64,000 bases of DNA, taken from positions 17,034 to 81,033 of the forward strand of contig CAYMAU010000002.1 in the NCBI GenBank assembly GCA_964388525.1, in the 5' to 3' direction. Shown in pieces: positions 38,294-49,476 of the stretch (position 1 is its first letter; every line of letters begins with the position of its first letter). Below the pieces are notes generated by a model that did no database searches, had not been told where the DNA came from, and saw nothing but the letters and a program-made list of their open reading frames with translations. The position numbers were made by a program, and so were the translations under genes. The stretch is from an uncultured Aquiluna sp. (GTDB lineage: Bacteria > Actinomycetota > Actinomycetes > Actinomycetales > Microbacteriaceae).

Positions 38294-39181
38294 CTATAGG
38301 TTGGCGATAATGTCGCGCATCAAGGTGGCGGTCTCAGATGGCGTCTTGCCAACCTTCACACCAACGGCTTCGAATGCTTCTTTTTTACCCTGAGCTGTTC
38401 CAGCAGATCCAGAAACGATCGCGCCGGCGTGACCCATGGTCTTGCCCTCTGGCGCGGTAAATCCAGCTACGTAGGCAACAACCGGCTTGGTGACGCGCTT
38501 GGAGATGTATTCCGCTGCCTTCTCTTCGCTGTCGCCGCCAATTTCACCAATCAAAACAATAGCTTTGGTCTCAGTATCATTCTCAAATGCCTCGAGAGCG
38601 TCAATGTGAGTGGTTCCAATAACAGGATCCCCGCCTATACCAATTCCAGTTGTGAAGCCGATGTCTCTGAGTTCAAACATCATCTGATAAGTAAGAGTCC
38701 CCGACTTGGAGACCAGGCCAATCGGTCCCTTTCCGGTGATGTTCCAAGGAGTGATTCCGGCATTTGATTCACCCGGGCTAATGATTCCCGGGCAATTTGG
38801 GCCGATAAGTCTGGTTTTCAGTCCTTTTTCGACGTTGTATGCCCAAGCCGAAGCTGAGTCGTGAACCGGGATTCCCTCGGTAATAGCAACTGCGAGTGGA
38901 ATCTCAGCGTCTATTGCTTCGACGATTGCCTGCTTGGCGAAAGCCGGCGGCACGAAGATGACAGAAACGTTTGCACCGGTCGCGTTCATCGCTTCCGCGA
39001 CAGTTCCGAAGACTGGAAGGGACCTGCCTTCAACTTCGACAGTTTCGCCGGCCTTGCGAGGATTTACGCCGCCAACGATGTTTGATCCACCAGCCAGCAT
39101 TCGCTGAGTGTGCTTCATTCCTTCGGCACCGGTCATGCCTTGAACAATGATTTTGGAATCTGAGTTTAGAAAAATTGCCAT
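38294..39181 (-). CDS. sucD: Succinate--CoA ligase subunit alpha
   Basis: 295 aa. [21 protein letters not shown] and the phospho-His context MGHAGAI. Confidence 0.95.
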   Translation of the reverse strand: MAIFLNSDSKIIVQGMTGAEGMKHTQRMLAGGSNIVGGVNPRKAGETVEVEGRSLPVFGTVAEAMNATGANVSVIFVPPAFAKQAIVEAIDAEIPLAVAITEGIPVHDSASAWAYNVEKGLKTRLIGPNCPGIISPGESNAGITPWNITGKGPIGLVSKSGTLTYQMMFELRDIGFTTGIGIGGDPVIGTTHIDALEAFENDTETKAIVLIGEIGGDSEEKAAEYISKRVTKPVVAYVAGFTAPEGKTMGHAGAIVSGSAGTAQGKKEAFEAVGVKVGKTPSETATLMRDIIANL

Positions 39182-39192
39182 TTTTTAGCCCC

Positions 39193-40350
39193 TTAGCCGT
39201 TCGCGAGTTCAGCGGCGGTGTTAGCCCCACCATCCATGGTGTCCGCAAGTACCACTAGCGGGTGGTTGAATTCCTTCAAAATTGTTCTGCCCTCTTCAAC
39301 GTTGTTTCCATCAAGTCTGACAACAAGTGGCTTAGAAGCCTTGGCTCCAAGAGTATTGAGAGCTCCAACGATGCCGTTAGCAACAGCGTCGCAGGCAGTG
39401 ATGCCGCCAAAGACGTTCACAAACACGCTTTTGACCTGTGGGTCATTCAGAATTACGTCTAGACCCGCAGCCATTACTTCTGCCGAGGCTCCGCCGCCGA
39501 TGTCCAAGAAGTTCGCGGGCTTGACTCCGCCATTGGCCTCCCCGGCGTAAGCCACGACGTCAAGCGTGGACATAACAAGCCCAGCACCGTTTCCGATGAT
39601 TCCTACTTCGCCGTCCAGCTTCACGTAGTTCAGATCCATCGCCTTAGCCTTGGCTTCTAGTGGGTCGAGCGCATCGCGCTCCATGTCATCGCGCTGGTGA
39701 CGGAAATCCGCGTTTTCATCGAGGGTGATTTTGCCATCAAGGGCAAGAATCTGGCCGTCTTCGGTAAGTACCAGCGGGTTTACCTCAACCAAAGTCGCAT
39801 CTTCCTTTACGAAAACGTTATATAGCTTGAGGATTACATCACTGACTGAGTCGATTAGTTCCTCTGGGAACCTGCCGGCCTTCGCAATCTCGATGGCCAT
39901 GGCCTTGTCTATGCCGGTAACAGCGGAGACCGGAATCTTTGCCAATGCATCCGGGCGCTCAACGGCAAGCTGCTCGATCTCCATGCCGCCCTCTACAGAA
40001 CAAAGTGACAAGAAGGTCCGGTTTGAGCGGTCTAGAAGGACTGAGAAGTAAAACTCCTGCGCTATCTTGGCGCCCTCCGCAATCATTAGGCGCTTTACAA
40101 CATGACCTTTGATATCGAGTCCAAGAATTTCTTCGGCTTTTTGCCGAGCCTCGGCTGGGCTGTGAGCCACTTTTACACCGCCGGCCTTGCCGCGCCCTCC
40201 GGTCTTTACCTGGGCTTTGACAACAACTGTGCCGCCAATAGCGGTTGCTGCTGCTTCTGCTTCTTCAGGTGTATCTGCGATTCGACCCTGTAAAACCGGA
40301 ACTCCGTGTTTTTCAAAAAGGTCGCGGGCTTGATATTCAAATAGATCCAC
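39193..40350 (-). CDS. sucC: Succinate--CoA ligase (ADP-forming) subunit beta
   Basis: 385 aa. N-terminal [15 protein letters not shown]-grasp segment [18 protein letters not shown], and C-terminal [13 protein letters not shown] start. Confidence 0.95.
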   Translation of the reverse strand: MDLFEYQARDLFEKHGVPVLQGRIADTPEEAEAAATAIGGTVVVKAQVKTGGRGKAGGVKVAHSPAEARQKAEEILGLDIKGHVVKRLMIAEGAKIAQEFYFSVLLDRSNRTFLSLCSVEGGMEIEQLAVERPDALAKIPVSAVTGIDKAMAIEIAKAGRFPEELIDSVSDVILKLYNVFVKEDATLVEVNPLVLTEDGQILALDGKITLDENADFRHQRDDMERDALDPLEAKAKAMDLNYVKLDGEVGIIGNGAGLVMSTLDVVAYAGEANGGVKPANFLDIGGGASAEVMAAGLDVILNDPQVKSVFVNVFGGITACDAVANGIVGALNTLGAKASKPLVVRLDGNNVEEGRTILKEFNHPLVVLADTMDGGANTAAELANG

Positions 40351-40421
40351 TTTGGTCTTTCAGTTTTTTAGCCGACATTTAACTTTCTAAAGTCTAGTGA
40401 TTGAAAAAACGCATTCATTAC

Positions 40422-42701
40422 CTAAAGCTTGGTTATTGGTGCCATTTTCACGAGAAGACGCTTTGTGACCCCTGATTCAAAACGAACCTCGGCGGTTTGT
40501 CTTGGGTTTTGACCCGAGACACTGACCACAGAGCCCTCACCGAAAGTGTCGTGACTGACTCGGTCGCCCACTGCAAGCTCAAGGTCCTTATTGTCACGGA
40601 CCGCACTTGGTGAGTTGATCGCGCCCTTCCACTTTGAAGGCTCTCTTGTGAAGCCAACCGACCGCTCATAGGCCCTATCGGTTGATCGTTCGGTTCCCTC
40701 GGCCTCAACAAGTTCCTGGGGTATGTCAGCCAAGAACATCGAGGTGGTGAAACCAGAGGTGTTTCCAAAAATCGTTCGCTGAAGCGCATGAGAGACAAAC
40801 AGTTGCTCACGGGCCCGCGTCATGCCGACATACATCAGTCGTCGTTCCTCCTGCAACCCGCCGGGCTCATCAAAAGACCGGATGTGAGGCAGTGTGCCCT
40901 GCTCAAGACCAATCATGAACACAACCTGATACTCAAGCCCCTTGGCAGTGTGAAGGGTCATCAAAGAAATGCTGCCAGATTCATCTTCGATCTCGTCCGC
41001 AGCTGCCGAAAGCGTAACTTCAGCAAGATAATCGGCGACAGTGCCCTCCGGAAACTGAGCTTGCCACTCGAATACCTGTCCAAGCAGGGCATCTAAGTTT
41101 TCAACCCTTGCCTCATCTTGGGGGTCCCTTGATAGCTCCAGCTCAGAGCGATATCCGCTCCTAGTAAGCGCTAACTTCAAGACCTCGGCGGGGCCATCAG
41201 TAACAGTCATTGCTTCTAATTCGTTGAGCAATTCCCCAAAGGCCATCACGGATGCTTGGAGCTTGGGTCCGAGTTGCAAGTCGGCCGCAAATAACAGTGC
41301 TTGCCGGAAGCTCATTTCATTTGTCCTGGCGAACTGAGCAATTTTTAGCTCAGTCTTCTGACCAATGCCACGGGTTGGGATGTTTATGACTCTTCTTACG
41401 GCCTCATCGTTGCGCCCATTTGAAATTGCGGACAAATAGGCCAACGCATCTTTGATTTCTCGGCGCTCAAAAAACTTCAAGCCCCCGATAACCGCATAGG
41501 GAATCTGCTGGCTTTTGAGTTCAGCCTCTAGAGATGGCGTCAGTGAGTTGGTGCGATAAAGGACCGCGATGTCTCGGTAATTTACGCCTTCGTCGTGCAG
41601 CTTCTTGACTCTATCGACGACAAACGCCGCTTCATTTCGTTCGTCATAGGCAGTGAACATGGTGATCTTGTCACCGGCGCCCGAATCGGTCCAAAGGTTT
41701 TTAGCTGGTCGATATGGGTTTTGCGAAATAACTGCGTTCGCAGCCGAAAGTATGTTTTGGGTGGAGCGGTAATTTTGCTCGAGCAAAATAGTTTCTGCAC
41801 CCGGAAAGTCGCGCTCAAACTCTGTGATGTTCCTAATCGAAGCTCCACGAAATGCGTAAATTGACTGGTCCGAGTCTCCAACTACTGTTAGGTCAGCCGG
41901 ACCAAGCGCCTCGCCGGTTTGCTCATCAAAAATTGCATGTTCCTCTGGCAATGGCCTGGTGAACTCTCGAATCAGTGCGTATTGGGCATGGTTGGTGTCT
42001 TGATACTCATCGACGAGAACGTGGCGGAAACGCTTTTGATACCTAGCGCGAAGCTCTGGAAAGGCTTGGAATAGGCCAACAGTCTCGACAATTAGGTCAT
42101 CAAAATCAAAGGCGTTGTTTCTGCGCAGTTCGGACGTGTAAGCCTGGAACACCTCGGCAACCAGGCGCTCTCTGGGGTTTGACCGATCGGCATTTCGAGC
42201 GAAATCCTCGGCGTCCTTCAATTCGTTTTTCGCATTGGAGATGATTGCGGCTGCCTGCGAAGGTTTTATGTCCGCGTCTTCAGCACCGGCCTCTCGAAGC
42301 AGTCGCTTCAGTAGAGCGCGCGTGTCCCCGGTGTCATAGACACTGAAGTTTGAGTCGTGGCCGAGACGTTGCGCTTCGCGTCTAAGGATTTGCAGGCAAG
42401 CAGAGTGGAAGGTCTTCAGCCACATGCCCTGACCAGCTTGCCCAATGAGGCTCTCAACCCGATCCCTCATTTCGGCGGCAGCTTTATTGGTGAAGGTAAT
42501 GGCGAGAATCTGAGATGGCCAAATCTCTTTATTTGCAAGCATGTGTGCCATGCGGTGAGTTAGCACCCTGGTCTTACCGGACCCGGCTCCGGCGACAATT
42601 AGCAGTGCTCGTCCGCGATAGCGCACTGCCTGCTGCTGCTGCGGGTTTAGTCCGGTTAGTAAATCATCCGGATTCGGTTGCTCAAAAATCTCTAACGACA
42701 T
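40422..42701 (-). CDS. pcrA: ATP-dependent DNA helicase PcrA/UvrD (SF1)
   Basis: 759 aa. Motif [13 protein letters not shown], motif [17 protein letters not shown] and [10 protein letters not shown]. Conserved position upstream of sucCD, as for mycobacterial uvrD1. Confidence 0.92.
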   Translation of the reverse strand: MSLEIFEQPNPDDLLTGLNPQQQQAVRYRGRALLIVAGAGSGKTRVLTHRMAHMLANKEIWPSQILAITFTNKAAAEMRDRVESLIGQAGQGMWLKTFHSACLQILRREAQRLGHDSNFSVYDTGDTRALLKRLLREAGAEDADIKPSQAAAIISNAKNELKDAEDFARNADRSNPRERLVAEVFQAYTSELRRNNAFDFDDLIVETVGLFQAFPELRARYQKRFRHVLVDEYQDTNHAQYALIREFTRPLPEEHAIFDEQTGEALGPADLTVVGDSDQSIYAFRGASIRNITEFERDFPGAETILLEQNYRSTQNILSAANAVISQNPYRPAKNLWTDSGAGDKITMFTAYDERNEAAFVVDRVKKLHDEGVNYRDIAVLYRTNSLTPSLEAELKSQQIPYAVIGGLKFFERREIKDALAYLSAISNGRNDEAVRRVINIPTRGIGQKTELKIAQFARTNEMSFRQALLFAADLQLGPKLQASVMAFGELLNELEAMTVTDGPAEVLKLALTRSGYRSELELSRDPQDEARVENLDALLGQVFEWQAQFPEGTVADYLAEVTLSAAADEIEDESGSISLMTLHTAKGLEYQVVFMIGLEQGTLPHIRSFDEPGGLQEERRLMYVGMTRAREQLFVSHALQRTIFGNTSGFTTSMFLADIPQELVEAEGTERSTDRAYERSVGFTREPSKWKGAINSPSAVRDNKDLELAVGDRVSHDTFGEGSVVSVSGQNPRQTAEVRFESGVTKRLLVKMAPITKL

Positions 42702-42711
42702 CGCAGGTAGT

Positions 42712-43560
42712 TTAGGTCAGGTCGGCTACGGTTTTAAGTAATAGGTCGGGCTGATCGGCAAAGATTCCATCGACCCCAGTCGAAACAAGACGTTCAAACC
42801 ATTTTTCGACATTTCCTTCGGCTGTTTCCAAGCGGGCTGTGAAGGCATAGATGTCTAGCCCCATCTTTTTCGCCCTCGCCACAAGATCACCGGTCAGAAC
42901 CATCGACATCGCAACGGACACAGCATCGAAGTTGTCAGCGATTTCAACCAGTAAGTCATCAGTCAGTTCCGTTATGCCCTCGGGCAGAGTGTCCCTAGCA
43001 CTCAGAAATACGTAATTAATTTCTGGCCCAATCTCAAGTTTGGCTCTTTTCAGAAATTCAAACTCAAAGCTCTCGAGGCTAATTTTCATCCCGCGGCTTG
43101 ACCAGTCGCTTTGTTCAAGAAGAGTCTTCACTTCCTGGATTGGATCTATTCCAATAGCCTCAAAATGAGCTCCGTGCTTTATCTCGATGATCAGATGCTT
43201 GCCATTGAATTGCTGGTTTGCCAACAACTGGCGGAGGGTTGGCACGAAGTATTTACCATCTTGGGTCGCGGAATCAACCCTGCCATCCGGGTAGCGCTCT
43301 TTGGCTCGCAGCCTTGAGACATCCGCCTTTGTGAGTTGATCAATCTTGGTGGACAGGAAGCTGTGGTCGTTGATGTCGGTGGTGCTAGCAAGATCTAGGT
43401 CATGGCGAATAATTGCGTGACCATCCTTGGTGAAGACCACATCAAATTCAACGGCATCCGCACCCTGTTCAAAAGCGAGTTCCATCGATTCGATGGTGTT
43501 TTCAGGAAGGTATCCGCACGCCCCGCGGTGACCAAAAACCAGCACGCTATTCCCACTCAA
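42712..43560 (-). CDS. Glycerophosphodiester phosphodiesterase family protein
   Basis: 282 aa. N-terminal [34 protein letters not shown] is the GDPD catalytic signature. The start overlaps the guaA stop by 14 nt. An alternative in-frame GTG lies at 43545. Confidence 0.85.
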   Translation of the reverse strand: MSGNSVLVFGHRGACGYLPENTIESMELAFEQGADAVEFDVVFTKDGHAIIRHDLDLASTTDINDHSFLSTKIDQLTKADVSRLRAKERYPDGRVDSATQDGKYFVPTLRQLLANQQFNGKHLIIEIKHGAHFEAIGIDPIQEVKTLLEQSDWSSRGMKISLESFEFEFLKRAKLEIGPEINYVFLSARDTLPEGITELTDDLLVEIADNFDAVSVAMSMVLTGDLVARAKKMGLDIYAFTARLETAEGNVEKWFERLVSTGVDGIFADQPDLLLKTVADLT

Positions 43561-45100
43561 TCGTGCCCGGAGGCTTTGAAGTGATGTCCAACACGACTCG
43601 ATTCACATCTTGAACCTCATTGGTAATGCGATTAGAAATCTTTGCCAGAAGGTCATAGGGCAACCTGGACCAGTCGGCCGTCATTGCGTCCTCTGAAGAA
43701 ACCGGCCGAAGCACGATTGGATGGCCGTAGCTTCGGCCATCTCCCTGAACCCCCACCGAGCGCACGTCGGCCAAAAGGACAACCGGGCACTGCCAAATTT
43801 CAGCGTCTTTGCCGGCCGCCGAAAGCTCTTCTCGAACAATTGCGTCCGCCTTGCGAAGTAAATCAAGTCTTTCTTTTGTGACCTCGCCGACAATTCGAAT
43901 TCCGAGACCAGGGCCTGGGAACGGCTGCCTGGAAACTATCTCGTCCGGCAGCCCTAACTCAGCGCCAATTGCTCGCACCTCATCCTTGAATAGCTCCCGA
44001 AGCGGCTCAATCAGCTCAAATTGCAGATCCTCTGGAAGGCCACCCACGTTGTGGTGGCTCTTAATCCCAGCCGTTGCGCCACCACCGGATTCGACTACAT
44101 CGGGATAAAGCGTTCCCTGAACCAAGAACTTTATTGGTCGATTATCGGCCTTAGCCTCAGCGATGAGCTTCTGCTCCGCTTTTTCGAAGCTGCGGATAAA
44201 CTCGCGTCCAATGATCTTGCGCTTTTGCTCTGGATCACTGACGCCAGCAAGGGCCGATAAAAAGACATCTTCAGCGCTCTCAGTTACAAGCCTGATGCCC
44301 GTTGCCGCGACATAGTCGCGCTCAACCTGTTCTTTTTCGCCTTCGCGCAATAAACCGTGATCAACGAATACTGCCGTTAGCTGGTCTCCAATGGCCTTAT
44401 GAACAAGGGCGGCGGCGACCGCGGAGTCAACCCCGCCGGACAGGCCACATATGACCCTGGCATCTCCAACCTGCGCACGAATTTTGGCAACCTGCTCGGC
44501 GATTACATTTCCAGAATTCCAAGTTGGCTCAATCCCGGCTCCTAAATATAGAAAGTTTTCTAGGACTCGTTGACCCTGGTCAGAGTGAACAACCTCTGGG
44601 TGCCATTGAACTCCGTAAATCTTGCGCTCTTTGGACTCAAAGGCGGCAACTGGCGTTGTGGCAGTGGAGGCCAAAACATCAAAGCCTTCTGGGGCCTGAA
44701 CGACCTGATCACCATGACTCATCCAGCAAACCTGAGATATCGGCTGGTCGCCCAAAAGAGTTCCGGACTGGTTCACCGTAAGGTCAGTGCCGCCGTATTC
44801 TTTCTTGCCAGTCTTGTCTACTCGGCCACCTAAGTGATGGGCGAGAACTTGAAAGCCGTAACAAATACCGAGAATTGGAATCCCAAGTTCCAAAATCTTT
44901 GGATCAAGCGATGGCGACCCGTCTTCGTAGACACTTGAGGGACCGCCGGAAAGAATAATTGCCGTCGGTTCTTTGGCTGCGATCTCGGCGGCTGTGACGC
45001 TGTGGTGAACAATCTCCGAATAAACATTGGCTTCACGAACGCGCCTGGCTATTAGCTGGGCGTACTGAGCTCCAAAGTCAATAACTAGAACCGGCTTCAT
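43547..45100 (-). CDS. guaA: GMP synthase (glutamine-hydrolysing)
   Basis: 517 aa. GATase (GICYGFQ, WMSHGD), ATP-PPase loop GLSGGVDS, and a C-terminal KPPGTIEWE. Confidence 0.95.
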   Translation of the reverse strand: MKPVLVIDFGAQYAQLIARRVREANVYSEIVHHSVTAAEIAAKEPTAIILSGGPSSVYEDGSPSLDPKILELGIPILGICYGFQVLAHHLGGRVDKTGKKEYGGTDLTVNQSGTLLGDQPISQVCWMSHGDQVVQAPEGFDVLASTATTPVAAFESKERKIYGVQWHPEVVHSDQGQRVLENFLYLGAGIEPTWNSGNVIAEQVAKIRAQVGDARVICGLSGGVDSAVAAALVHKAIGDQLTAVFVDHGLLREGEKEQVERDYVAATGIRLVTESAEDVFLSALAGVSDPEQKRKIIGREFIRSFEKAEQKLIAEAKADNRPIKFLVQGTLYPDVVESGGGATAGIKSHHNVGGLPEDLQFELIEPLRELFKDEVRAIGAELGLPDEIVSRQPFPGPGLGIRIVGEVTKERLDLLRKADAIVREELSAAGKDAEIWQCPVVLLADVRSVGVQGDGRSYGHPIVLRPVSSEDAMTADWSRLPYDLLAKISNRITNEVQDVNRVVLDITSKPPGTIEWE

Positions 45101-45531
45101 TTGTCCTCCAGTTTTGACAGCTGTTCATGCGCCATCTTGGCGTAGCGATTCTCAGTGTAAAAGCTCAAAAACGGAATGACGCCGCCGAGGGCAATTAATA
45201 AAAACCTAGTGAAAGACCAGCGCATGAGAGTCCAGATTCGAAAGTCCGCAACTAGATAAACCACATAGAGCCAGCCGTGGATAATTAGGATCCAAACCGT
45301 CAGGTTGAACCCGACATCGGGCAAGCCTTCGCCATCAACGCCGTACTGTTCAAAGCTAAAAAACCCGTTTGGACCGAGCAGCCAAAGATCAAAACCTAAA
45401 AATGGTAAGCGTCGAATGCCCCAAGTGATCATGAGCAAAATCAGGAACCCACCCGTTACATAAGAAGATGCCTTATAAAAACGGAGAACCTTTTTTATTT
45501 GAGGAACTTGAGCTGCATTCGGGCTTGACAT
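45097..45531 (-). CDS. Small membrane protein, DUF3817-like
   Basis: ATG 45531 avoids overlap with ptsI. 144 aa with 4 TM helices. The [13 protein letters not shown] segment resembles the DUF3817 signature. 4-nt overlap with guaA. Confidence 0.55.
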   Translation of the reverse strand: MSSPNAAQVPQIKKVLRFYKASSYVTGGFLILLMITWGIRRLPFLGFDLWLLGPNGFFSFEQYGVDGEGLPDVGFNLTVWILIIHGWLYVVYLVADFRIWTLMRWSFTRFLLIALGGVIPFLSFYTENRYAKMAHEQLSKLEDK

Positions 45532-45541
45532 GCTCTTGAGT

Positions 45542-47173
45542 TTACTTGGCTGAGATTCCAGCAAGGGCCGCTAGGGCCGCAGATTTTGCTTGATCGGCGT
45601 CAAGACCAGTGAGTGCTGCCTCAAAAACTTCTTTGGCCTGTTGCTTTGTCACGGAGCTCAGAGCCTGTCTGACTATTCCCACCTGAGAACGAGACGAGGA
45701 CACTGACTGGAACCCCATGCCTGCAAGAACTACGGCAAAGGCTGGATCCGACGCGCTCTCACCGCAAACGCCCGAATAAACACCAGCTTCTTGGCAGACA
45801 GTCGCAATTTGCTCCAGCGCTCTCAATAGGGCAGGTTGCCACGGATTTAGCATCGCTCCGAGAGATGGGTTCATACGGTCAGCCGCAAATAGATATTGAG
45901 ACAAATCGTTGGTGCCCACCGAGATAAAGTCCAAGACATCTGCTAGTTGTGCAATCTGATAAACGATGCTCGGTGTTTCCACCATGATTCCGACCTTGAA
46001 CTTTCCAGCTTTCCTGGCGAGCTCCGCGAACTCAATTGCCTCGGAGTAAGTCGAAACCATCGGGGCCATGACCCAAACTTCGCGTCCCGATTGCTCTCTT
46101 GCGATTTCGAGGCTTTCTAGTTGGTCAACAATGAAGTCTCGGTGATTCTCAATCAGGCGATATCCCCGAACGCCGAGTGCTGGATTTTCTTCGTCACCCA
46201 TGTCTAAGAACGGAACCGGCTTGTCGCTGCCGGCATCGATGGTGCGGACAACAATTGGCCCGGCTGGAGCCGCCTTCAGAATCTCCGTGTAGCTAGCGGC
46301 CTGGGCCTGCTTAGTCGGCTGGGTCTTGGCAGACAAGTACAGTAGCTCAGTTCTAAATAGTCCTACCCCTTCGGCCGCTGAGGCGCTTGCCGCAATCGCG
46401 TCTTCAAGCGAACCAATGTTTGCGCGCACCGGAATGATCGGGTCCGCGCTCTTAGCAATGAAGGATAGAGCTTCGGTGATGTCGCTTTCTTGACCATCCA
46501 CCACAACTCGATCCCCCACCGGGTCAACTAGCACTTGCATCCCGTCAACCAAGTCTTTAGCCTGCTGGCATGAAACAACCGCTGGGATCGATTTTGATCT
46601 GCAAATGATTGCAGTGTGAGAGGTTGGGCCACCCTGGATCGTGACAACTCCGACAACTGCCTCAGTGAATTGCGCAGTGTCAGCCGGTGAGAAGTCCTCG
46701 CCTACGATTACGAACCTTCCAGTGGTGGGAATATCCAGTCCAAGTGAAATGCCCGCGATCGAGGCGGCAACTCTTTTGGCAAGGTCGCGAATATCGTTTA
46801 GTCGCTCTTCGAAGGTGGCATCACCTGCAAAAATATCGGCGTATTCTTCGACCGCGTTAATAAAAGCAGTGCCGGCATTCCAGCCCTGCGAGATTTGATC
46901 CGACGCAGTTTCGAATAGCTCTTCATCTTCTAGCAGCATGATCAGGGCCTCGAAAATTTCAGCGGAGGTCTCGCCTGCCTTTTCGGCTAGGCCATTCATT
47001 TCCAGTGAAACTGCCGCGATGGCAGCCTTCAGGCTTTCTGTTTCCAGAGCTTCATCACCGGAGTGCTTAGCCGCCTCTGGCAATGACGCCAAAGGCTTTA
47101 CTCGAAATACTTCGGCGGCGACGGAGCCAAGACCCACGCCCATGCCGGTAAGAATTGTGCCGCTATCTAGCAA
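45542..47173 (-). CDS. ptsI: Phosphoenolpyruvate--protein phosphotransferase (PTS Enzyme I)
   Basis: 543 aa. Phospho-His domain GGPTSHTAII and PEP-utilizer TIM barrel (GTNDLSQY, CGE). TTG start 2 nt after the ptsH stop. Confidence 0.9.
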   Translation of the reverse strand: MLDSGTILTGMGVGLGSVAAEVFRVKPLASLPEAAKHSGDEALETESLKAAIAAVSLEMNGLAEKAGETSAEIFEALIMLLEDEELFETASDQISQGWNAGTAFINAVEEYADIFAGDATFEERLNDIRDLAKRVAASIAGISLGLDIPTTGRFVIVGEDFSPADTAQFTEAVVGVVTIQGGPTSHTAIICRSKSIPAVVSCQQAKDLVDGMQVLVDPVGDRVVVDGQESDITEALSFIAKSADPIIPVRANIGSLEDAIAASASAAEGVGLFRTELLYLSAKTQPTKQAQAASYTEILKAAPAGPIVVRTIDAGSDKPVPFLDMGDEENPALGVRGYRLIENHRDFIVDQLESLEIAREQSGREVWVMAPMVSTYSEAIEFAELARKAGKFKVGIMVETPSIVYQIAQLADVLDFISVGTNDLSQYLFAADRMNPSLGAMLNPWQPALLRALEQIATVCQEAGVYSGVCGESASDPAFAVVLAGMGFQSVSSSRSQVGIVRQALSSVTKQQAKEVFEAALTGLDADQAKSAALAALAGISAK

Positions 47174-47175
47174 AT

Positions 47176-47445
47176 CTAGCCCTTCAAAAAATCTTGAACC
47201 TGGGCGATTAGGGCAGTGGCTACAGCCTCGTCATCAGATTCGACTTCTATGGTCAACTCTTCACCCGTCCTAGCCTTGAGGGCCATCATGCGAAGAGGCG
47301 AGTTTGCCTTAGCTAACTCCTGACCAGCCTTGCCAATTCGAACCTCAAGCCCTGACTCCTTTACTAGCTTCACGATTTGACCAGCGGGCCTGGCGTGCAG
47401 GCCGATCGGATCCAACACGGTAATGGAGCCTTTTATTGTGGCCAT
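47176..47445 (-). CDS. ptsH: Phosphocarrier protein HPr
   Basis: ATG 47445 is preceded by AAGGAG. 89 aa. The GLHARPAG His-15 motif is present. The track ORF start at 47460 adds 5 residues without an SD. Confidence 0.9.
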   Translation of the reverse strand: MATIKGSITVLDPIGLHARPAGQIVKLVKESGLEVRIGKAGQELAKANSPLRMMALKARTGEELTIEVESDDEAVATALIAQVQDFLKG

Positions 47446-47507
47446 TGGTTTCTCCTTCAAGGTTCTAATAAAAAATACTAACTAACTCCCGGCGTGATAC
47501 CGGCTGG

Positions 47508-48650
47508 TCATTTGTGACTAAGCGTCCGTTGGTGTTTTGCGATTGCCTGCTCTAGTGAGATAGCCAATGGATGGTCGTGGGGGATTCCGCATACCTGTAA
47601 TGCGAATTCCGAGGGCGACAAGGCGTCCAGCTTGGAGTTCACCAACGCTACCTCTGGGTCGTTTTGACTAGAGAATTCCAAAGATGCCTCAACCACTTCT
47701 AGTAGCGCGCTGGGCTTCTCGCCCAGCTCAGCCAAAAGCGCTGCGGGTCCAATAAGGCGCTCAAACCTGGATAGCTTTCTCAACGGCTGCCTGCCAACTC
47801 GCTCGACCTGGTCATCTAGCAAAGGGTTTGCAAGGCGCAGTAGAGTCCTGTGGACATATTTTGCATGGTCACTCGAATCAAAGCCGTGCTTAGTGACCAG
47901 AACCATAGAAGTCTCTTCCATTACTCTGGCCACAATATTCCGAACAATCGGGTCCCTTAGTGACTCGGCGATTGTGTCGTGGCCATGACGCTGACCCATG
48001 TACGCAATTGTCAAGTGCGCCGTGTTCACCGTATAGAGCTTTCGCTCGATAAAAGGCTGTAGGTCATCGACCATGTTTGCCGCGGGAATCTTTAGATCGG
48101 TTTCGGCTAGCCCGCTTTTATCAATGACCCATTCGCAAAAGCTTTCCGCAGCAACGTCTGGCTCAGTGTCTGCCTGCTGCTTTGGAACGATCCGGTCGAC
48201 AGCGGTATTAGCAAAAAGGATGTTTTTTGGGAGTCTCTCAAGTATCTTCAAAATCTTGGAGCTCAAAATATCTGTGGCATTAATCGCGTTTTCACAGGCC
48301 ATGATCACAAGCGGGGAGTCACTCGTGCGAGATTGAATTCCACGCGAAATCACTGGCGCAATGGCGAGCAGGATATTCGTGCCAACCGATGCGGTAATGA
48401 CATCGGCCTGGCCGATGGCAGCTATGAGCGCGGCTTCGTCAGACGTTGAATGTAGGACTTCGAAGTTTTCATAATGAGTTTCTTTTTGTGCTTCACCAAG
48501 TTCAATGAGGCTGTATCCATTCGAGGATCGCAACTTGTCGATCAACTCTTTATTCACGTCTGCGAAAGTCACAAAATAACCGGCGTCTTGAAGAACTGCC
48601 CCGATGAAGCCTCGCCCGATGTTTCCGGCTCCAAAGTGAACTGCCCGCAT
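47508..48650 (-). CDS. mtlD: Mannitol-1-phosphate 5-dehydrogenase
   Basis: 380 aa. N-terminal AVHFGAGNIGRGFIG matches the MtlD Rossmann signature. Lies next to the mannitol PTS genes. Confidence 0.9.
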   Translation of the reverse strand: MRAVHFGAGNIGRGFIGAVLQDAGYFVTFADVNKELIDKLRSSNGYSLIELGEAQKETHYENFEVLHSTSDEAALIAAIGQADVITASVGTNILLAIAPVISRGIQSRTSDSPLVIMACENAINATDILSSKILKILERLPKNILFANTAVDRIVPKQQADTEPDVAAESFCEWVIDKSGLAETDLKIPAANMVDDLQPFIERKLYTVNTAHLTIAYMGQRHGHDTIAESLRDPIVRNIVARVMEETSMVLVTKHGFDSSDHAKYVHRTLLRLANPLLDDQVERVGRQPLRKLSRFERLIGPAALLAELGEKPSALLEVVEASLEFSSQNDPEVALVNSKLDALSPSEFALQVCGIPHDHPLAISLEQAIAKHQRTLSHK

Positions 48651-48735
48651 AGTTTTTCTCCTGTAACTGTTCTGAGTGCTACTAGATTTTGTCTTACTCA
48701 GTGGCTATTTGATTTTTTCTTACTTTGACTTACAG

Positions 48736-49167
48736 CTAGTCATTGCCAAGAAGTAGTTGAGCAATTTCCTCGGGGCTCTGAGAGTTTTGCAAGATCGCTA
48801 ATTTGTCCTCGTCTTGAATCATTTCGGCTAAGTTGCCAAGTAACTCCACGTGGCCATCACCCTGTGAGGCGATCCCAAGAACGCAAGTAACTTCATCATC
48901 AGCCCACTCGATTGGCTTGGCCAATCGAACAAACACCAGCTGATCGAAAATGACGTGCGCTCGCGATTCGTCGGTCCCGTGTGGAATGGCAAAGCCCATG
49001 CCGATAGCGGAGGGAAAGATTTCCTCTCGCTCCCACATCGCGTCCGCGTAGGCGCTTGTGACCGCACCTAGCTCGACGAGCAGCTTGCCGCAGATGTCCA
49101 CAGCCTCCTCCGGAGAGGAGGCTGTGGCATCTAGCTTTATTCCGGCCTGTTGGACTAAATCAGTCAT
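48736..49167 (-). CDS. mtlF: PTS mannitol-specific EIIA component
   Basis: 143 aa. PTS_EIIA_2 fold with GFAIPHGT (phospho-His), as in the IIA domain of E. coli MtlA. 8-nt overlap with EIIB. Confidence 0.86.
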   Translation of the reverse strand: MTDLVQQAGIKLDATASSPEEAVDICGKLLVELGAVTSAYADAMWEREEIFPSAIGMGFAIPHGTDESRAHVIFDQLVFVRLAKPIEWADDEVTCVLGIASQGDGHVELLGNLAEMIQDEDKLAILQNSQSPEEIAQLLLGND

Positions 49168-49474
49168 CGCTGATGTCGTCGCCCGACTTAATTTTTGACA
49201 CGATTTCAGCGATTTTTAGATCGCCTAGAAACATGTCAAACATGATTACAACCGAGTTCGGCACCGCTTGCTTGGCCCTTGAGCCAAGCCCGCGGTGACA
49301 AAGAACTAAATCGTGCTCAGTTTCAGTCAGTTGGTTCACAGGGGAATGAGTCACTGAGACCTCTTGGGCCTTCAGTTGCTTAGCAAGCTGCTTCGCAACC
49401 ATTACAGATGAGCCCATTCCGGCCTCGCAAGCAACAACTATGTTCTTTACAGAGGCACCCGATATAGTCGCCAT
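49160..49474 (-). CDS. PTS mannitol-specific EIIB component
   Basis: 104 aa. The VKNIVVACEAGMGSSVM phospho-Cys loop matches the MtlA IIB domain. Confidence 0.85.
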   Translation of the reverse strand: MATISGASVKNIVVACEAGMGSSVMVAKQLAKQLKAQEVSVTHSPVNQLTETEHDLVLCHRGLGSRAKQAVPNSVVIMFDMFLGDLKIAEIVSKIKSGDDISDD

Positions 49475-49476
49475 AA

